This document shows, piece after piece, positions 10,460-20,680 of a stretch of DNA of 64,000 nucleotides. Both the position numbers and the translations under genes were made by a program. The stretch comes from Candidatus Bathyarchaeota archaeon (GTDB lineage: Archaea; Thermoproteota; Bathyarchaeia; Bathyarchaeales; Bathycorpusculaceae): the NCBI GenBank assembly GCA_963767735.1, contig CAVYES010000004.1, forward strand, positions 96,001-160,000. The letters are read 5' to 3'. A model generated the notes under the pieces. The model had not been told where the DNA came from. It worked only from the letters and a program-made list of their open reading frames with translations, and ran no database searches. How positions within the stretch are numbered: the stretch's first letter is position 1; each line of letters opens with the position of its first letter.

Positions 10460-10744
10460 TTACCTAAAGAATTTTTTTGGGCGTTTTTGGGGTTTGAGAA
10501 CAATCGGGGTTATGGTACTTTTGACGCCTTGAATCTTCATGATTTTCTTTTGCAAGACGTTTCGGAACTCCTCTATGCTCGAAGCTGAAACTATTGGGAC
10601 TATGTCAAATTCGCCTTTGACGTCATAGATTTCATCGATGTTTTCGAGTTTTGAGAGGGCGTCTATAACTTTGGCCTTCTAGGTTGGATCAACAAAGATG
10701 TTAACTGAGGCCTCAAATAGGTCATGGTTATTGTGGGTATCCAT
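10460..10744 (-). pseudogene. Lrp/AsnC ligand-binding-domain gene with an in-frame TAG
   Basis: MDTHNNHDLFEASVNIFVDPT*KAKVIDALSKLENIDEIYDVKGEFDIV...IQGVKSTIT; TAG at 10679-10681. Confidence 0.8.
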
Positions 10745-10950
10745 TTTGCTTCATCGCAAAGCCCTTAGCTCCCAGGCGGCTTTTGAGCTTTTTTGAGAAT
10801 TTAAACGCGCTAATTTGCAAAGCATACTAAACGAGCGTTGAGATTAAATCTAAGACTAATTTATGTTAGTTATGACAGTTACTTGATTTCAATATGTTTT
10901 TTCTTGCCTATCTTGGTCACGTTTTGAAGAGCTTTCGGTTGTTTGTCAAG

Positions 10951-11151
10951 CTAATTTATGTTTGAAGAATTAATCTTGCTTGCCACCGTTAAAACCTGCT
11001 CGGTTAAGAACTCCGCTAATACCTCAATTGTGTCCAAACCATCCCTCGCTTGCTTATGTTCTGTTACATGATTTTGTATAGCGATGCTCATCGCCTTCAA
11101 GTCAGGCAACACTAAGGTTTCAGAGCCACATAAACATCTGACAATAGGCAT
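10951..11151 (-). CDS. Small putative Zn-binding protein (paralog 5)
   Basis: CLCGSETLVLPDLKAMSIAIQNHVTEH. Confidence 0.85.
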   Translation of the reverse strand: MPIVRCLCGSETLVLPDLKAMSIAIQNHVTEHKQARDGLDTIEVLAEFLTEQVLTVASKINSSNIN

Positions 11152-11271
11152 ACTTTTTTTGCTGCGGCGAACAAACTTTCATCACATGCTCTTTTTCGCG
11201 CGGCGCGCTAATAAATGTCGGGCAATAACAATTATACCAGACGAATCCCATGTTCTCTATGAGATTATTTT

Positions 11272-11673
11272 ATGTTGAAATATGCAGCTTCAAAAGAACA
11301 GAATATTTCAGAATTAAAAATCATGAAGATCATGAGCTCAGTCCCGCACGATAAGGGATTCCATTTTTTCACTGATCTGGACCGCAACACAGGCGAGACT
11401 GCTACTAGTTTAGTAACATTCGCTCAAAAACTCGAAAGAATAAATGCCGATTCCCTCAAGTTCCATCTTCAAAGAAAAGATTTTCAAAACTGGATAAAAA
11501 CCGCTGTGGGAGATGATGTATTGGCTGAAAGAATTAACCACATAAATATGCAGCTTCCTGTTGAAGATTTGAGGAATGAACTAGTTCAAACCGTGCAGAA
11601 CCGCATCTCTTATCTAAAACTTCTATATGGCGAATCAACCCCTTCACAAGGTGAATCGATCCGCTCAAAATAA
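11272..11673 (+). CDS. DUF5752-like protein
   Basis: GFHFFT....TGETATSL..F...L, SLKFHLQRKDFQNWI and GDDVLA motifs. Confidence 0.8.
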   Translation: MLKYAASKEQNISELKIMKIMSSVPHDKGFHFFTDLDRNTGETATSLVTFAQKLERINADSLKFHLQRKDFQNWIKTAVGDDVLAERINHINMQLPVEDLRNELVQTVQNRISYLKLLYGESTPSQGESIRSK

Positions 11674-11914
11674 AATATACCACACTTAAGGATAAAATAC
11701 GGTTAATTATAAATCAAAGAGTCTCAGCGGCGCACCTGCCTTTTTTCGTACGCTTAGTTTTGATACGTTACATTTTATGAAATATACTTTATATGTTTTC
11801 TTTCCTATTGCTTGGCTTAAGGAAGAGGCACCGGAGAAGTGGGAAGGGGTCTCAACAAATTTTGCGTAGAAAGGAAAACGTGCAGATTAAAACAGGTGGA
11901 GAGTTAAATTTAGA

Positions 11915-12103
11915 ATGACCCAAAAAACTACAGAAGAAATTCGAACACTTCTAAAAAACGCCAAGCTTGATTTTGAGTCAGTAGAAAATAGAGCATTGAA
12001 CAATTATCTTCCAAAAATATTTCGCAGTTGTCCCTTTACAGATGATGTGTGCACAACAAAACAATGCTTAGAATGTGAAGTCTTCAATAGTATCCATAAA
12101 TGA
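11915..12103 (+). CDS. Small Cys-rich protein
   Basis: CPFTDDVCTTKQCLEC; GGTGGAG upstream. Confidence 0.7.
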   Translation: MTQKTTEEIRTLLKNAKLDFESVENRALNNYLPKIFRSCPFTDDVCTTKQCLECEVFNSIHK

Positions 12104-12215
12104 GCAAACTTTCCATATTTGAACGCCCTTTATTTGAGCGAAGAATAAATTTTTATAAAATTACAAGTTTTCTTTGATAAGTGTCTATCAAGCACAATTT
12201 AACTCAATTTTAGAA

Positions 12216-12356
12216 TCATTTAAACTCGCATAAATGTTGTTGGGAAAGACGGCAGATAGACTGCAGCTTTAAAGCGAAATGCCAATGAGAAAAGGCCGAA
12301 ACGTTGTCACACTTCAGCAAAATTTCGCGGCCACATAAACATCTTACGGTAGGCAT
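12216..12356 (-). pseudogene. Truncated Zn-protein paralog 6
   Basis: MPTVRCLCGREILL then diverges; lacks the NH-x3-H half. Confidence 0.65.
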
Positions 12357-12442
12357 CCTAGTTTTATTAGGGTCAAAGTTATCATTGCGGTCTGCGTCAA
12401 GTTTAAAGTTGATTCCTTTGCGATTTGTTTTTTCATGTCAAC

Positions 12443-12787
12443 TCAACCAGGTTTTTGATTTTGCCACAATTTTCTGGGGCTATAATTGTTTTTTTGGTTA
12501 AACATTTTCAAACGCTTCTCGACTTCCACTTTAATCTCAAAGTCTCTTTCTTTGATTAAAGCCTTAGATAAGAGGCGCTTAGCTAGTGGAACGCTTTCTT
12601 CTCCGAAAATCTTTCCAAATGTGGATCGCCCCTTAATTAAACCTTGAATTTGAGGTAACACGCAAATAAAATTCAATGGGTAATCCTTGGAAGTATCAGA
12701 ATCAACTACTACAAAATGGACCTCCGTTTTCTGATTTTCAATTGTTCTACCAATTTCTTTTTTTAAGAAGTATAGATTGGGTTTCAT
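12443..12787 (-). CDS. Hypothetical protein (114 aa)
   Basis: Open ORF with an AGGTG RBS-like site. Confidence 0.75.
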   Translation of the reverse strand: MKPNLYFLKKEIGRTIENQKTEVHFVVVDSDTSKDYPLNFICVLPQIQGLIKGRSTFGKIFGEESVPLAKRLLSKALIKERDFEIKVEVEKRLKMFNQKNNYSPRKLWQNQKPG

Positions 12788-12982
12788 TCGGTTCGCACCT
12801 TTTAAAAACTGTTTGAAAAACTAATTAGTTTTAGTGATTTATTTTCTTGTTGACATTATTAATGTCAAAGGAAAAAAATGACTAATCAATCATTTAGGTA
12901 GAAATGTCAACTTGGACAGAACAAAAACCGAATTAAGACGTAAAAAAGCCCATTTGGCACATATTTTAATTAATAGATACGC

Positions 12983-13000
12983 TGCCTTGTCCCGATATTA
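12983..13000 (+). repeat. Solo IS/MITE terminal-repeat copy
   Basis: TGCCTTGTCCCGATATTA after ACGC; similar to 5076-5093. Confidence 0.5.
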
Positions 13001-13324
13001 TGTTTGATAGTAAATTCTTTTCTATTTTTTCCTTCCATTTCCTTTCTAAGGCTTAGGACTCTTGGCGCGCGCGAAACGCAAAATTAAGCTCATTTTTTCA
13101 GTTTTTCGCGTAAACGTTCGCACCGTTTTTTTTCGCACTCTGGATAACCTTCCTTTGTATGAATTAACTCCAAAATCTATGCGGTCTTCAAATCCATCGA
13201 CTCACCCAAATATTCGCTTTCAAGCAGTTCTTTGAAGCTTAAATGAATAAAACCTATGTCTTCAAACTGTTCCTTCAACTTTGCCAAAATCTCTTCAGCA
13301 CTGATGCTGGTCTTGGCTAACTCT

Positions 13325-13426
13325 TTAACGAACAAAATCCCCATCTTCTACACTGAACAGTTCCCGCAACTGTTTCGGAACAATAACCTTACCCCCAGTA
13401 AAAACCCGAACCACAAACTCCTCCAC
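13325..13426 (-). pseudogene. Truncated AbrB/MazE/SpoVT-family gene
   Basis: VEEFVVRVFTGGKVIVPKQLRELFSVEDGDFVR*. Confidence 0.7.
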
Positions 13427-13536
13427 GACAACCACCAACGACAAAAAACAATAAAAAGTACGTAAAAGTTACCAAATTACTCCGCCCAAACCAAAAAAAC
13501 CCAAAGCAACTTGAACAAAAAATGCAAAAATAGCCT

Positions 13537-14092
13537 ATGGATGATAAGATTTTTAAGCTGTATAGCGGTTTTATACTAAAACTTTGGTACGAGCAGAAAC
13601 ATGCTGAAAAAGAAATTTGCTTTATTTTTGGTTGTTGTTTTTTGGTCTGTTCCATATTTTTTTCAGTATATCTTACTTCAAATTCAAACAATCAAATATA
13701 CTGGGGTGCTTGGGTAGGTGAAAATGACAGAATGCCCTTGTCAACAATACAAGCATTTGAGAATCAAGTAGGAAAAGGTATGTCTATATGGAATTGGATG
13801 CAATGGTGGACAGGACCAACAGACCAAGTTCAAGACCCGAATTTTAATTCTACTTGGATGGATGAATGCCGAAATGCAGGGATGATTCCTATGATAAGTT
13901 GGGGTCCCTTCTTCCATCTATATTGCAGGAGTGTATCAGGGGTATGACGATATTCTTAGCGGGAAATGGAACGCTTATTTAGATGCATGGGGAAATGCTT
14001 CAGCAGCATGGGGTCATCCATATTTTGTTCGATTCTATTGGGAATTTAACGCTCAATGGGTAAATGAATCTATGTCGTTGGAGTTTTGGTAG
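13537..14092 (+). pseudogene. GH26-like glycoside hydrolase fragment (frameshifted, truncated)
   Basis: YWGAWV, AFENQVGK and GMIPMISW, then in another frame ILSGKWNAYLDAW...GHPYFVRFYWEFN. Confidence 0.7.
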
Positions 14093-14392
14093 TTATTATT
14101 GTCGCTATATTAATTTATAAAAGGCCGCGGACGCGAAACCTAACTGCGAAAACCTTAAGCCCACTTTATTTTTTTAGCCCAAAAATTTTTTAGCCGCTTA
14201 AATGTTACTAAGTGAGTTTTTGAATACAACAACAATATTTGAAATTAACGGTAAATGTTATTATTAGAGGGTAACACAAGGTACAAACAAAAATTTTAGC
14301 CCTGACTTCTTAAAGATAAACTGAGAAGACGTTTTTATAGCCTTTGCACAATCACAGAAACAGCTTGTCAATAAGTCAATCGAATAAAGACT

Positions 14393-15028
14393 TTACACTT
14401 CCTCCATCACGCTTTGGATCCATGATTGCGCAATTAAAGCGTGTCCTGCTAAAGTAGGATGTACTCCGTCTATAGCCCAGAATGAAGGAACCCGCTTGGC
14501 GCACGCTTTTATAAAAATATCGTTTAAGGGAATTAGTTTGGTTTGAAATTCTCGGGATAGTTCTTTGACTACTTCTATTTTTTTGTTCAGCTCTTCAGTG
14601 ACTTCGAGAAAGTCCTCGTGGGAATGGACAAGAAATGGCTCCAGCAGGATTATTTTGCATTGTAACTGCTGGGTTTGTTCCAGAATGCTTTTGTAATCTG
14701 CTTGGAAACTTTCCGTTGGAGTTGAACTTTTCCAAAAAGGCAGACCCAGATCGTTGACGCCTATCAATATCGAGACTAAATTGGGTCTGAGGTCTAAACA
14801 GTCTTTTTTCCAACGCTTCCTTAGGTCCCTGATCTGGTTTCCGGCAATTCCCCGATTATAGAATTTTGCATGATATTCTGGATGTAATGCAGATAGCCAT
14901 GCCGCTGTCATCATTACATAGCCATCTCCAAGCGATTCGTTTTGATTGCGTTTTCTTCCTGAATCCGTTATACTGTCACCCTGAAACAAAACTGTCGAAT
15001 TATCCATTAAACTTAGTTTCTTTGACAA
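14393..15028 (-). CDS. SGNH/GDSL hydrolase
   Basis: FQGDSITD, NRGIAG, ILIGVND and DGVHP blocks. Confidence 0.95.
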   Translation of the reverse strand: MSKKLSLMDNSTVLFQGDSITDSGRKRNQNESLGDGYVMMTAAWLSALHPEYHAKFYNRGIAGNQIRDLRKRWKKDCLDLRPNLVSILIGVNDLGLPFWKSSTPTESFQADYKSILEQTQQLQCKIILLEPFLVHSHEDFLEVTEELNKKIEVVKELSREFQTKLIPLNDIFIKACAKRVPSFWAIDGVHPTLAGHALIAQSWIQSVMEEV

Positions 15029-15253
15029 ATAAAATGCCTCGTCTATTACTTGATGCCTTTTTCTCCCGAATTTTTCTAATTAACTCCTCGGGATACAAAT
15101 TGAGGCAGACTTTTATTGATTATTCTCTTTCGCAAATGCTACAGAGCGCTATCGTCTATTATCAAAAACTGCCACTCCCTGGAATGTACCTTTTACGCGA
15201 CTTTGAGAAAACTAAAATAAAAGAAGAAACTTTCACCTTGATTTTAAAGGCAA

Positions 15254-15328
15254 TCACGAAGCGGCGATTATGCCGCAAGGGCAGGTTCTAATGAGAACTT
15301 CATTGCTTAATCTTTCAAAGTTTTCCAT
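15254..15328 (-). pseudogene. Truncated paralog of the 15509 CPCG protein
   Basis: MENFERLSNEVLIRTCPCGIIAAS* versus LSDTIIIRKCPCGIVF. Confidence 0.55.
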
Positions 15329-15508
15329 ATCACTCTACCCCACAATTTTTACATTCAAGGAACTTATGAACAGCTGTTTTTTTTCCTCAGTTTTACTATC
15401 CTGCGTTATGCAGATTTAAGACCTATCATCAATGAAAAATAGTGGTTCTGTTTTGTTACCGAGTGCATCTTAAGGCTTTCTAATACTTTATAAACTTAAG
15501 CTAAAATA

Positions 15509-15712
15509 CTAAATTCTTTTCTCACTAAGTTTCAGTTTTTCAAGTTTCTTTTTATTAGCGTTTCTTCTATTAGCTATGAAAATGCCCCATTGTTTTTTAT
15601 TGTAGAGAGCTTGACATCGGTTACTATGAAAGAGCTTATTTTCATCATAAGTCTCAAAGACTATTCCGCAAGGACATTTTCTAATAATGATTGTGTCGGA
15701 TAACAGCGTCAA
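15509..15712 (-). CDS. Small CPCG...H...C putative Zn-binding protein
   Basis: CPCGIVFETYDENKLFHSNRCQ with a basic tail. Confidence 0.7.
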   Translation of the reverse strand: MTLLSDTIIIRKCPCGIVFETYDENKLFHSNRCQALYNKKQWGIFIANRRNANKKKLEKLKLSEKRI

Positions 15713-15761
15713 TTCCCTGACTAACTCTACTATAGGCTGTGCAGTTTAAGTTTTTGCATTT

Positions 15762-15990
15762 TTAGCCTTTTCTTCTTGCTCCACAGTTAGGACAGAAAAT
15801 AGATGTTTGAGGCATCAAACCATTCAGTAAGCACATGGAATCAAAACAACTTCTCGAACAACCTCTTTATTTGAAACTGGAGGCTTGGTAAGTAAATTTG
15901 ACCACCATTACTGCCTATAACATATCTGTACCCTTTTATTGTAACGTACCTTACGAGATTTCCATGTTGCAAAACAGATACCTTTAAACA
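15762..15990 (-). pseudogene. Zinc-ribbon protein remnant
   Basis: KEVVREVVLIPCAY / NGLMPQTSIFCPNCGARRKG* across a frameshift. Confidence 0.6.
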
Positions 15991-16057
15991 ACAATCTTTA
16001 TTTCTGTGATATAGTCTTACTTACTAATTCATACATGTGAAGAAGCGGAGGGTAAAC

Positions 16058-16189
16058 ATGTTATCTCGCGATTGTGACGGGTGCGAAAGACAACTTTCTG
16101 AGTGTAAACGTCGTTTTACAAAGGTTTCTTTAGGTGAGAAAGTCTTTTGTCCCGATGGCACAGCCCATCTAGTTGACTGCAAAAGCTAA
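16058..16189 (+). CDS. 43-aa Cys-rich microprotein (below ORF-track cutoff)
   Basis: GGAGGGT RBS; MLSRDCDGCERQLSECKRRFTKVSLGEKVFCPDGTAHLVDCKS*. Confidence 0.7.
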   Translation: MLSRDCDGCERQLSECKRRFTKVSLGEKVFCPDGTAHLVDCKS

Positions 16190-16377
16190 TATCGCCAAGC
16201 AATATTGTTTTCTTTGCAGGTAGGCATCATCAATAAAATGCCTTTTTCTTGCTTCGTAACGCCTTTCGAGGTTTTCTTCACAAACCTTTGCTCTTTGGCT
16301 TAGAATTCGCCTAAAAAATATAGCCAAACTGGTTTTCGATTTAGGATTACAGAGAAATAAAATTGAAGATTCTATTT

Positions 16378-17271
16378 TTATTTTCTTGGCAAAAGTTCAG
16401 CAAGCTCAGCACTTGCAACGCATAATGCGGTATCTGCGCCGCCGTAGTAGATCAGAAGTTGATCGTCCATTATTGTTTGCCCACAACTGAAAACTACGTT
16501 AGGAACTTTTCCGTAGCGTTCATAATCTTCTGTTGGCGTTAGGATCGGCTCTTCGGATCTGTAGAGAACTTGCTCAGGGTCATTCTTATCCAATAGTGCG
16601 ACTCCTAAAGAGTAAACTCTGTCCACACTTACGCCATGATAAATTAGAAGCCACCCTTCATTTAGCAGGATAGGCGGTCCTGCAGCACCTACCTTCCAAG
16701 AATCCCAACCTTTGTCGCGTGTACCCAAAATGTATTTTAAGCCATACCAACGACGCAGATCGGGAGACCGTGCAATGCACAAATCAGGTTCTAATCTGTG
16801 AAACATCACGTAGTCGCCGTGGAACTTCTGAGGAAACAACACTGCATCTTTATTGTGGATTCCTGGGAAAGCTAAAATTCTTTCTCCCCATTGCCATTTT
16901 CTACCCAAAAAATCGTCTTTGTTAATGGACGTTATTGCAATTTGGTAAACTTGATGCTGATAGTGGATTCCAAATGCTGTGTATGCCATAATCAGTGAAT
17001 TGTCAAATAGGCTTAGTCTTGGGTCTTCGCATCCTTGGCATTCTGCTTCATTCGCTGGACTGAAAACTGGTAGCGGTAAACGTTCATCAATATTGTAGCC
17101 ATCCGAAGATGATGCTAATCCTATGCGCGAAATATTATCAGTGCCCATAGCTCTATAAAGAATATGGACGCGGTTGTTAGATGCGAAAACTGCTGCATTG
17201 AAAACTAAGCTTGATTCCCAAACATGCTTTCCTACAGGCTCAAGAATAGGGTTGCGCGAGTAACGTTTCAT
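16378..17271 (-). CDS. GH130-like glycosidase/phosphorylase (DUF377)
   Basis: VFNAAV, LYRA, EDPR, NKDAVLFP, VPNVVFSCG and YYGGAD motifs. Confidence 0.92.
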   Translation of the reverse strand: MKRYSRNPILEPVGKHVWESSLVFNAAVFASNNRVHILYRAMGTDNISRIGLASSSDGYNIDERLPLPVFSPANEAECQGCEDPRLSLFDNSLIMAYTAFGIHYQHQVYQIAITSINKDDFLGRKWQWGERILAFPGIHNKDAVLFPQKFHGDYVMFHRLEPDLCIARSPDLRRWYGLKYILGTRDKGWDSWKVGAAGPPILLNEGWLLIYHGVSVDRVYSLGVALLDKNDPEQVLYRSEEPILTPTEDYERYGKVPNVVFSCGQTIMDDQLLIYYGGADTALCVASAELAELLPRK

Positions 17272-17307
17272 CTCTTTTTCTCCAGTGTCAATTTGTTTTG
17301 TAGTTAC

Positions 17308-17682
17308 TTACAGTCCACTTAGTTCATCCAAAATGTTCCTAACAGATATCAAGCCCACTAGTTTCCCGCTTGCGGTTATCACGGGCAAATGCCGAACCTT
17401 AGCGGATTTGATGATGTTTTTTGCTTCATCGAAAGTGGAATCTTCGTTAACTGTAAAAGGGTTTTTAGTCATGATTTTTTCTATCGGCGCATCTAAAGGC
17501 ACGTTTTGCGCCACGACTCTTATAGCATCCCTCTCGGTGAAAAGACCTATGCATTTCTGTTCATCGTCGACAACAACAATGCACCCAACGTGTCTTTTGA
17601 AAAGAAGCTCAATTGCCTCCTTTATGGGCACGTTTCCATATATAGTAACTACGTCTTTTAACATTAGGTCACGAGTCATCAT
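17308..17682 (-). CDS. CBS-pair protein
   Basis: GLFTERD, IMTKNP and VRHLPV..GKLVGLIS motifs. Confidence 0.93.
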   Translation of the reverse strand: MMTRDLMLKDVVTIYGNVPIKEAIELLFKRHVGCIVVVDDEQKCIGLFTERDAIRVVAQNVPLDAPIEKIMTKNPFTVNEDSTFDEAKNIIKSAKVRHLPVITASGKLVGLISVRNILDELSGL

Positions 17683-17790
17683 ATAGTTTGATCTCCAGTT
17701 TTAATCCGAGTTTCCGAATTAATAAATGATGTGAATTATGTTTAAGCTTTGAATTTTTAGCTGTCATATTTGAATCTTAATTTCTAAATT

Positions 17791-18862
17791 TTACTTTTTT
17801 GACTGATATTTTTTTATCTCTTCCAAGTTTAAGCGAGCTTGGAGGTAAGCTAAGGTGGCTTCAGCGCCTCTGTTTTGGTTTAAGCCTTGGGGTGTTATGC
17901 CGTCGCAGCAGCTTCCGTTTTCTGGATCATACAATATTAGACCTTTCAGGTTTCTACCAAAAAACCATTCAAAGGCATCGTAGGCTGCTTGGAGGTAAGC
18001 TTCTTCGCCGGTGTTTCTGAAAGCAACTATTGCTGCTTCTGTGGTGCAGGATGCTTCAACGGATTGTTGATCGTAGATTGCTCGGGCAGATCCTTTTCTA
18101 TACCAGCCACGATTTCCTATGGGTACGAATATATTGTTTATTGTTTGGGTACTTATTAGAAATTTCATAGATTTGGTTGCTATTTGGAGGTACCGATTTT
18201 TTCCAGTAGCTTCGTAGGCTAAGAAAAGCGAATGAGGCATTCTCGCATTGGAGTAGGTTAGATATGATTCAAACCATTCCCAATCCTTAGATGATTCCAA
18301 TTCAAATTGCTTGGTCAGCTGATCAGCAAGGGCAACAATGTTTAGGTTTACATTTTGATCGTTCTGGATAAGCTTTTTGGTAATTAAACAATCCCATAAT
18401 TGAGTACGCTTTTGCTCTCGGTGAGGTAAAACTTGAAGTCCATTTGAAAACTTTGTCAAAAATCTCTTTAGACATGAGTTTTGTTTCATCGGATAATTTT
18501 GAGTTCAAGCAGTATCCGCATGCCCAAAGTGTCCGGCCCATGCAATCCTCGGAGCCTGTTTCATCCAAAAGTTTGCGGTCATAGCCGAGGTAGTTGTGCA
18601 TTTTGCCGTCAGATTTCTGCATATAGAGTAACAAACATAGGTAGGTGTCAATTAGTTTCTTGACGCTTGTGTCATTGAACAGCATGAGGTAATTTGTACA
18701 TGCAATTAGAGCTCTTGCGTTGTCATCTGTTGTGTATCCTTCTTTTTTATTAGGTGTTGAGTATTTCGAGTGCTGGAGTATTCCTACGTCGTCTGTCAGT
18801 GTTCTGACAAAATCTAGTTTTATGGGTAGTATTGTCAACTTGGGGAACCTCTTTATTGTCAA
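17791..18862 (-). pseudogene. Glycosyltransferase-associated (six-hairpin-like) protein, split by one extra base near 18364
   Basis: LTDDVGILQH...GYTTDDNARAL...SED, then WFESYLTYSNARMP...YDQQSVE...NQNRGAE in the next frame. Confidence 0.8.
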
Positions 18863-20012
18863 TTATTGTTTTAATTAGGTTTACATATTTTTTTGCTACG
18901 TTTTTCCAAAGGAAGCGTCTACTGTATTTGTAAGCTTTCTTTTGAACCCCATTGCGGAAATTTTCGTCTAAGAGCCTGGTTAGACCTTCTGCAATTGATG
19001 CGGGATCTTCAAATCTGCATAGTATTCCTCTATCGTTAGCCAAGACCTCTTGAGCGTGGTAGTAAGGAGTAGAAACTACAGCTTTTCCGGCGCCAAGGGC
19101 ATAGATAAGGGTGCCACTGCTGATTTGGTTAGGGGAAACGTAAGGGGTTAAGTAAATATCGGTTGCTTGAAGAAAATTTTTTAGTTCACTTTTGGTAACA
19201 AATCTGTTTGTGAATCTGACGTGTTCTTCTAAATCGAGTTCACTAACAAGCTCTGTAAGTCTATTTCGGTATTTTTCGCCCTCATTTTTTCTGACTTCAG
19301 GGTGCGTTTCGCCTATAATTAGATAAATTATTTGAGGCTCTTTCTTAATAACTTCTGGCAGAGCCTGAATAGCGTATTCGATTCCTTTGCAGCTGCTTAT
19401 TAATCCGAAAGTAGAAGCGACCAAACGTCCTTTTAGGCCTAGTGATTCCTTGATTGATTTGTTGTTTTTGTACTCTATGTTTGGACAACCATGGGGGATA
19501 ACAACGCATTTCTTGCAAGATATTCCTTGGTTTTTTAGGATGTTGATTGCGGCATGAGCAATTACAACTATTGATTCGCTTCCTTCAACTATGTATTTTA
19601 GAATTTCGATTGCTTTTTGATCAAAATTCGGTTGCACGGTGTGAAGGGTAGTAATTACTGGTTTTTTGACATTTTCTAAGAAGATTTTAATGTTTGATCC
19701 GTAGTCGCCTCCGTAGAGGCCGAACTCATGTTGAATAACTAATGCCTGAATATTTGATGAGTTTACGTATTCGGCTGCCTTAACGTAATCTTCAATTTTG
19801 TCTCGACTAATTTTTCGTTTAACTCGCCCAGCGTAATTATAAATCGCGCCTTTTTCATTTATCGCAATTACGGAAGACTTAAGCTCAGTTAGCTCACCGG
19901 AAGCATCAATTAAGTCTTTTGTGAAGTTTGCAATACCGCATTCTCTGGGGGGATAAGTGCTCAAATACCCTACGTGAGTTGGGCGACTATCCAAAAATTG
20001 TTTCTTGATCAT
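18750..20012 (-). CDS. GT4 glycosyltransferase
   Basis: STYPPRECGIA, QHEFGLYGG, TFGLIS..KGIE, GETHP and SSGTLIYA motifs. Confidence 0.93.
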   Translation of the reverse strand: MIKKQFLDSRPTHVGYLSTYPPRECGIANFTKDLIDASGELTELKSSVIAINEKGAIYNYAGRVKRKISRDKIEDYVKAAEYVNSSNIQALVIQHEFGLYGGDYGSNIKIFLENVKKPVITTLHTVQPNFDQKAIEILKYIVEGSESIVVIAHAAINILKNQGISCKKCVVIPHGCPNIEYKNNKSIKESLGLKGRLVASTFGLISSCKGIEYAIQALPEVIKKEPQIIYLIIGETHPEVRKNEGEKYRNRLTELVSELDLEEHVRFTNRFVTKSELKNFLQATDIYLTPYVSPNQISSGTLIYALGAGKAVVSTPYYHAQEVLANDRGILCRFEDPASIAEGLTRLLDENFRNGVQKKAYKYSRRFLWKNVAKKYVNLIKTIIDNKEVPQVDNTTHKTRFCQNTDRRRRNTPALEILNT

Positions 20013-20446
20013 TTTTTAAATAACCTCTCATTCGAATTTTTATTTATCGCACAAATCCTCTATTTAGCAATTCATGAGAAACAAGTATTCCCAAGATCAC
20101 ATCGGCCTTCTTTTTCACCAAAGAAGTTAACTGGAAGAATTTCTGGTTGAGGCTTTGAAGTATTGTTTACCTCATTTTATAGTTACCTTCCGACCTTAAT
20201 GTCTATTTCGTCTTTTAATAGCCATTTTTTATGTAAAGAGATTCTAAATATTACTTCGGTCTAATGATCGAGGTTGTCGATTTTTCCAGTTTTTTACAGG
20301 AAAGAAGAAACGGACATGCGAAATGGTGAAAGATCGTCAGGTCTGTCTTATGACGTCACGTTTGTGACTGTGGTGACCCAATCACTGAACTTAATATTTT
20401 ATCTTAACTTATTATAATCGGTTAATCTTTACGAAAGTGTGCCTGT

Positions 20447-20680
20447 TTGAAGAGAAAACTGAGAATTCAATGCCCTTGCGGCTATGTATTTGATGTTTTA
20501 AGCACTGAGAAAGATGCATTAGTCCGAATAAGGTTTCATTTTGAACGTTTTCACAGGGATTTTCTTCCTTTCGGAATTACTGACACCGAAGCATTATCCT
20601 TGATAAAGAATGCACGAGTAGGCGGAAAACAAAAAGGTTCGTCAAGGCACTTCAAGCAAAATTCGCCTATAAGCCAATAA
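20447..20680 (+). CDS. Small CxC...H-x4-H protein (DUF1059-like)
   Basis: IQCPCG...FHFERFH. Confidence 0.7.
   Translation: MKRKLRIQCPCGYVFDVLSTEKDALVRIRFHFERFHRDFLPFGITDTEALSLIKNARVGGKQKGSSRHFKQNSPISQ

Noticed and set aside
14866-15291. 141-aa plus-strand ORF
   Set aside because: Overlaps the SGNH gene antisense and a truncated minus-strand fragment; no motifs.
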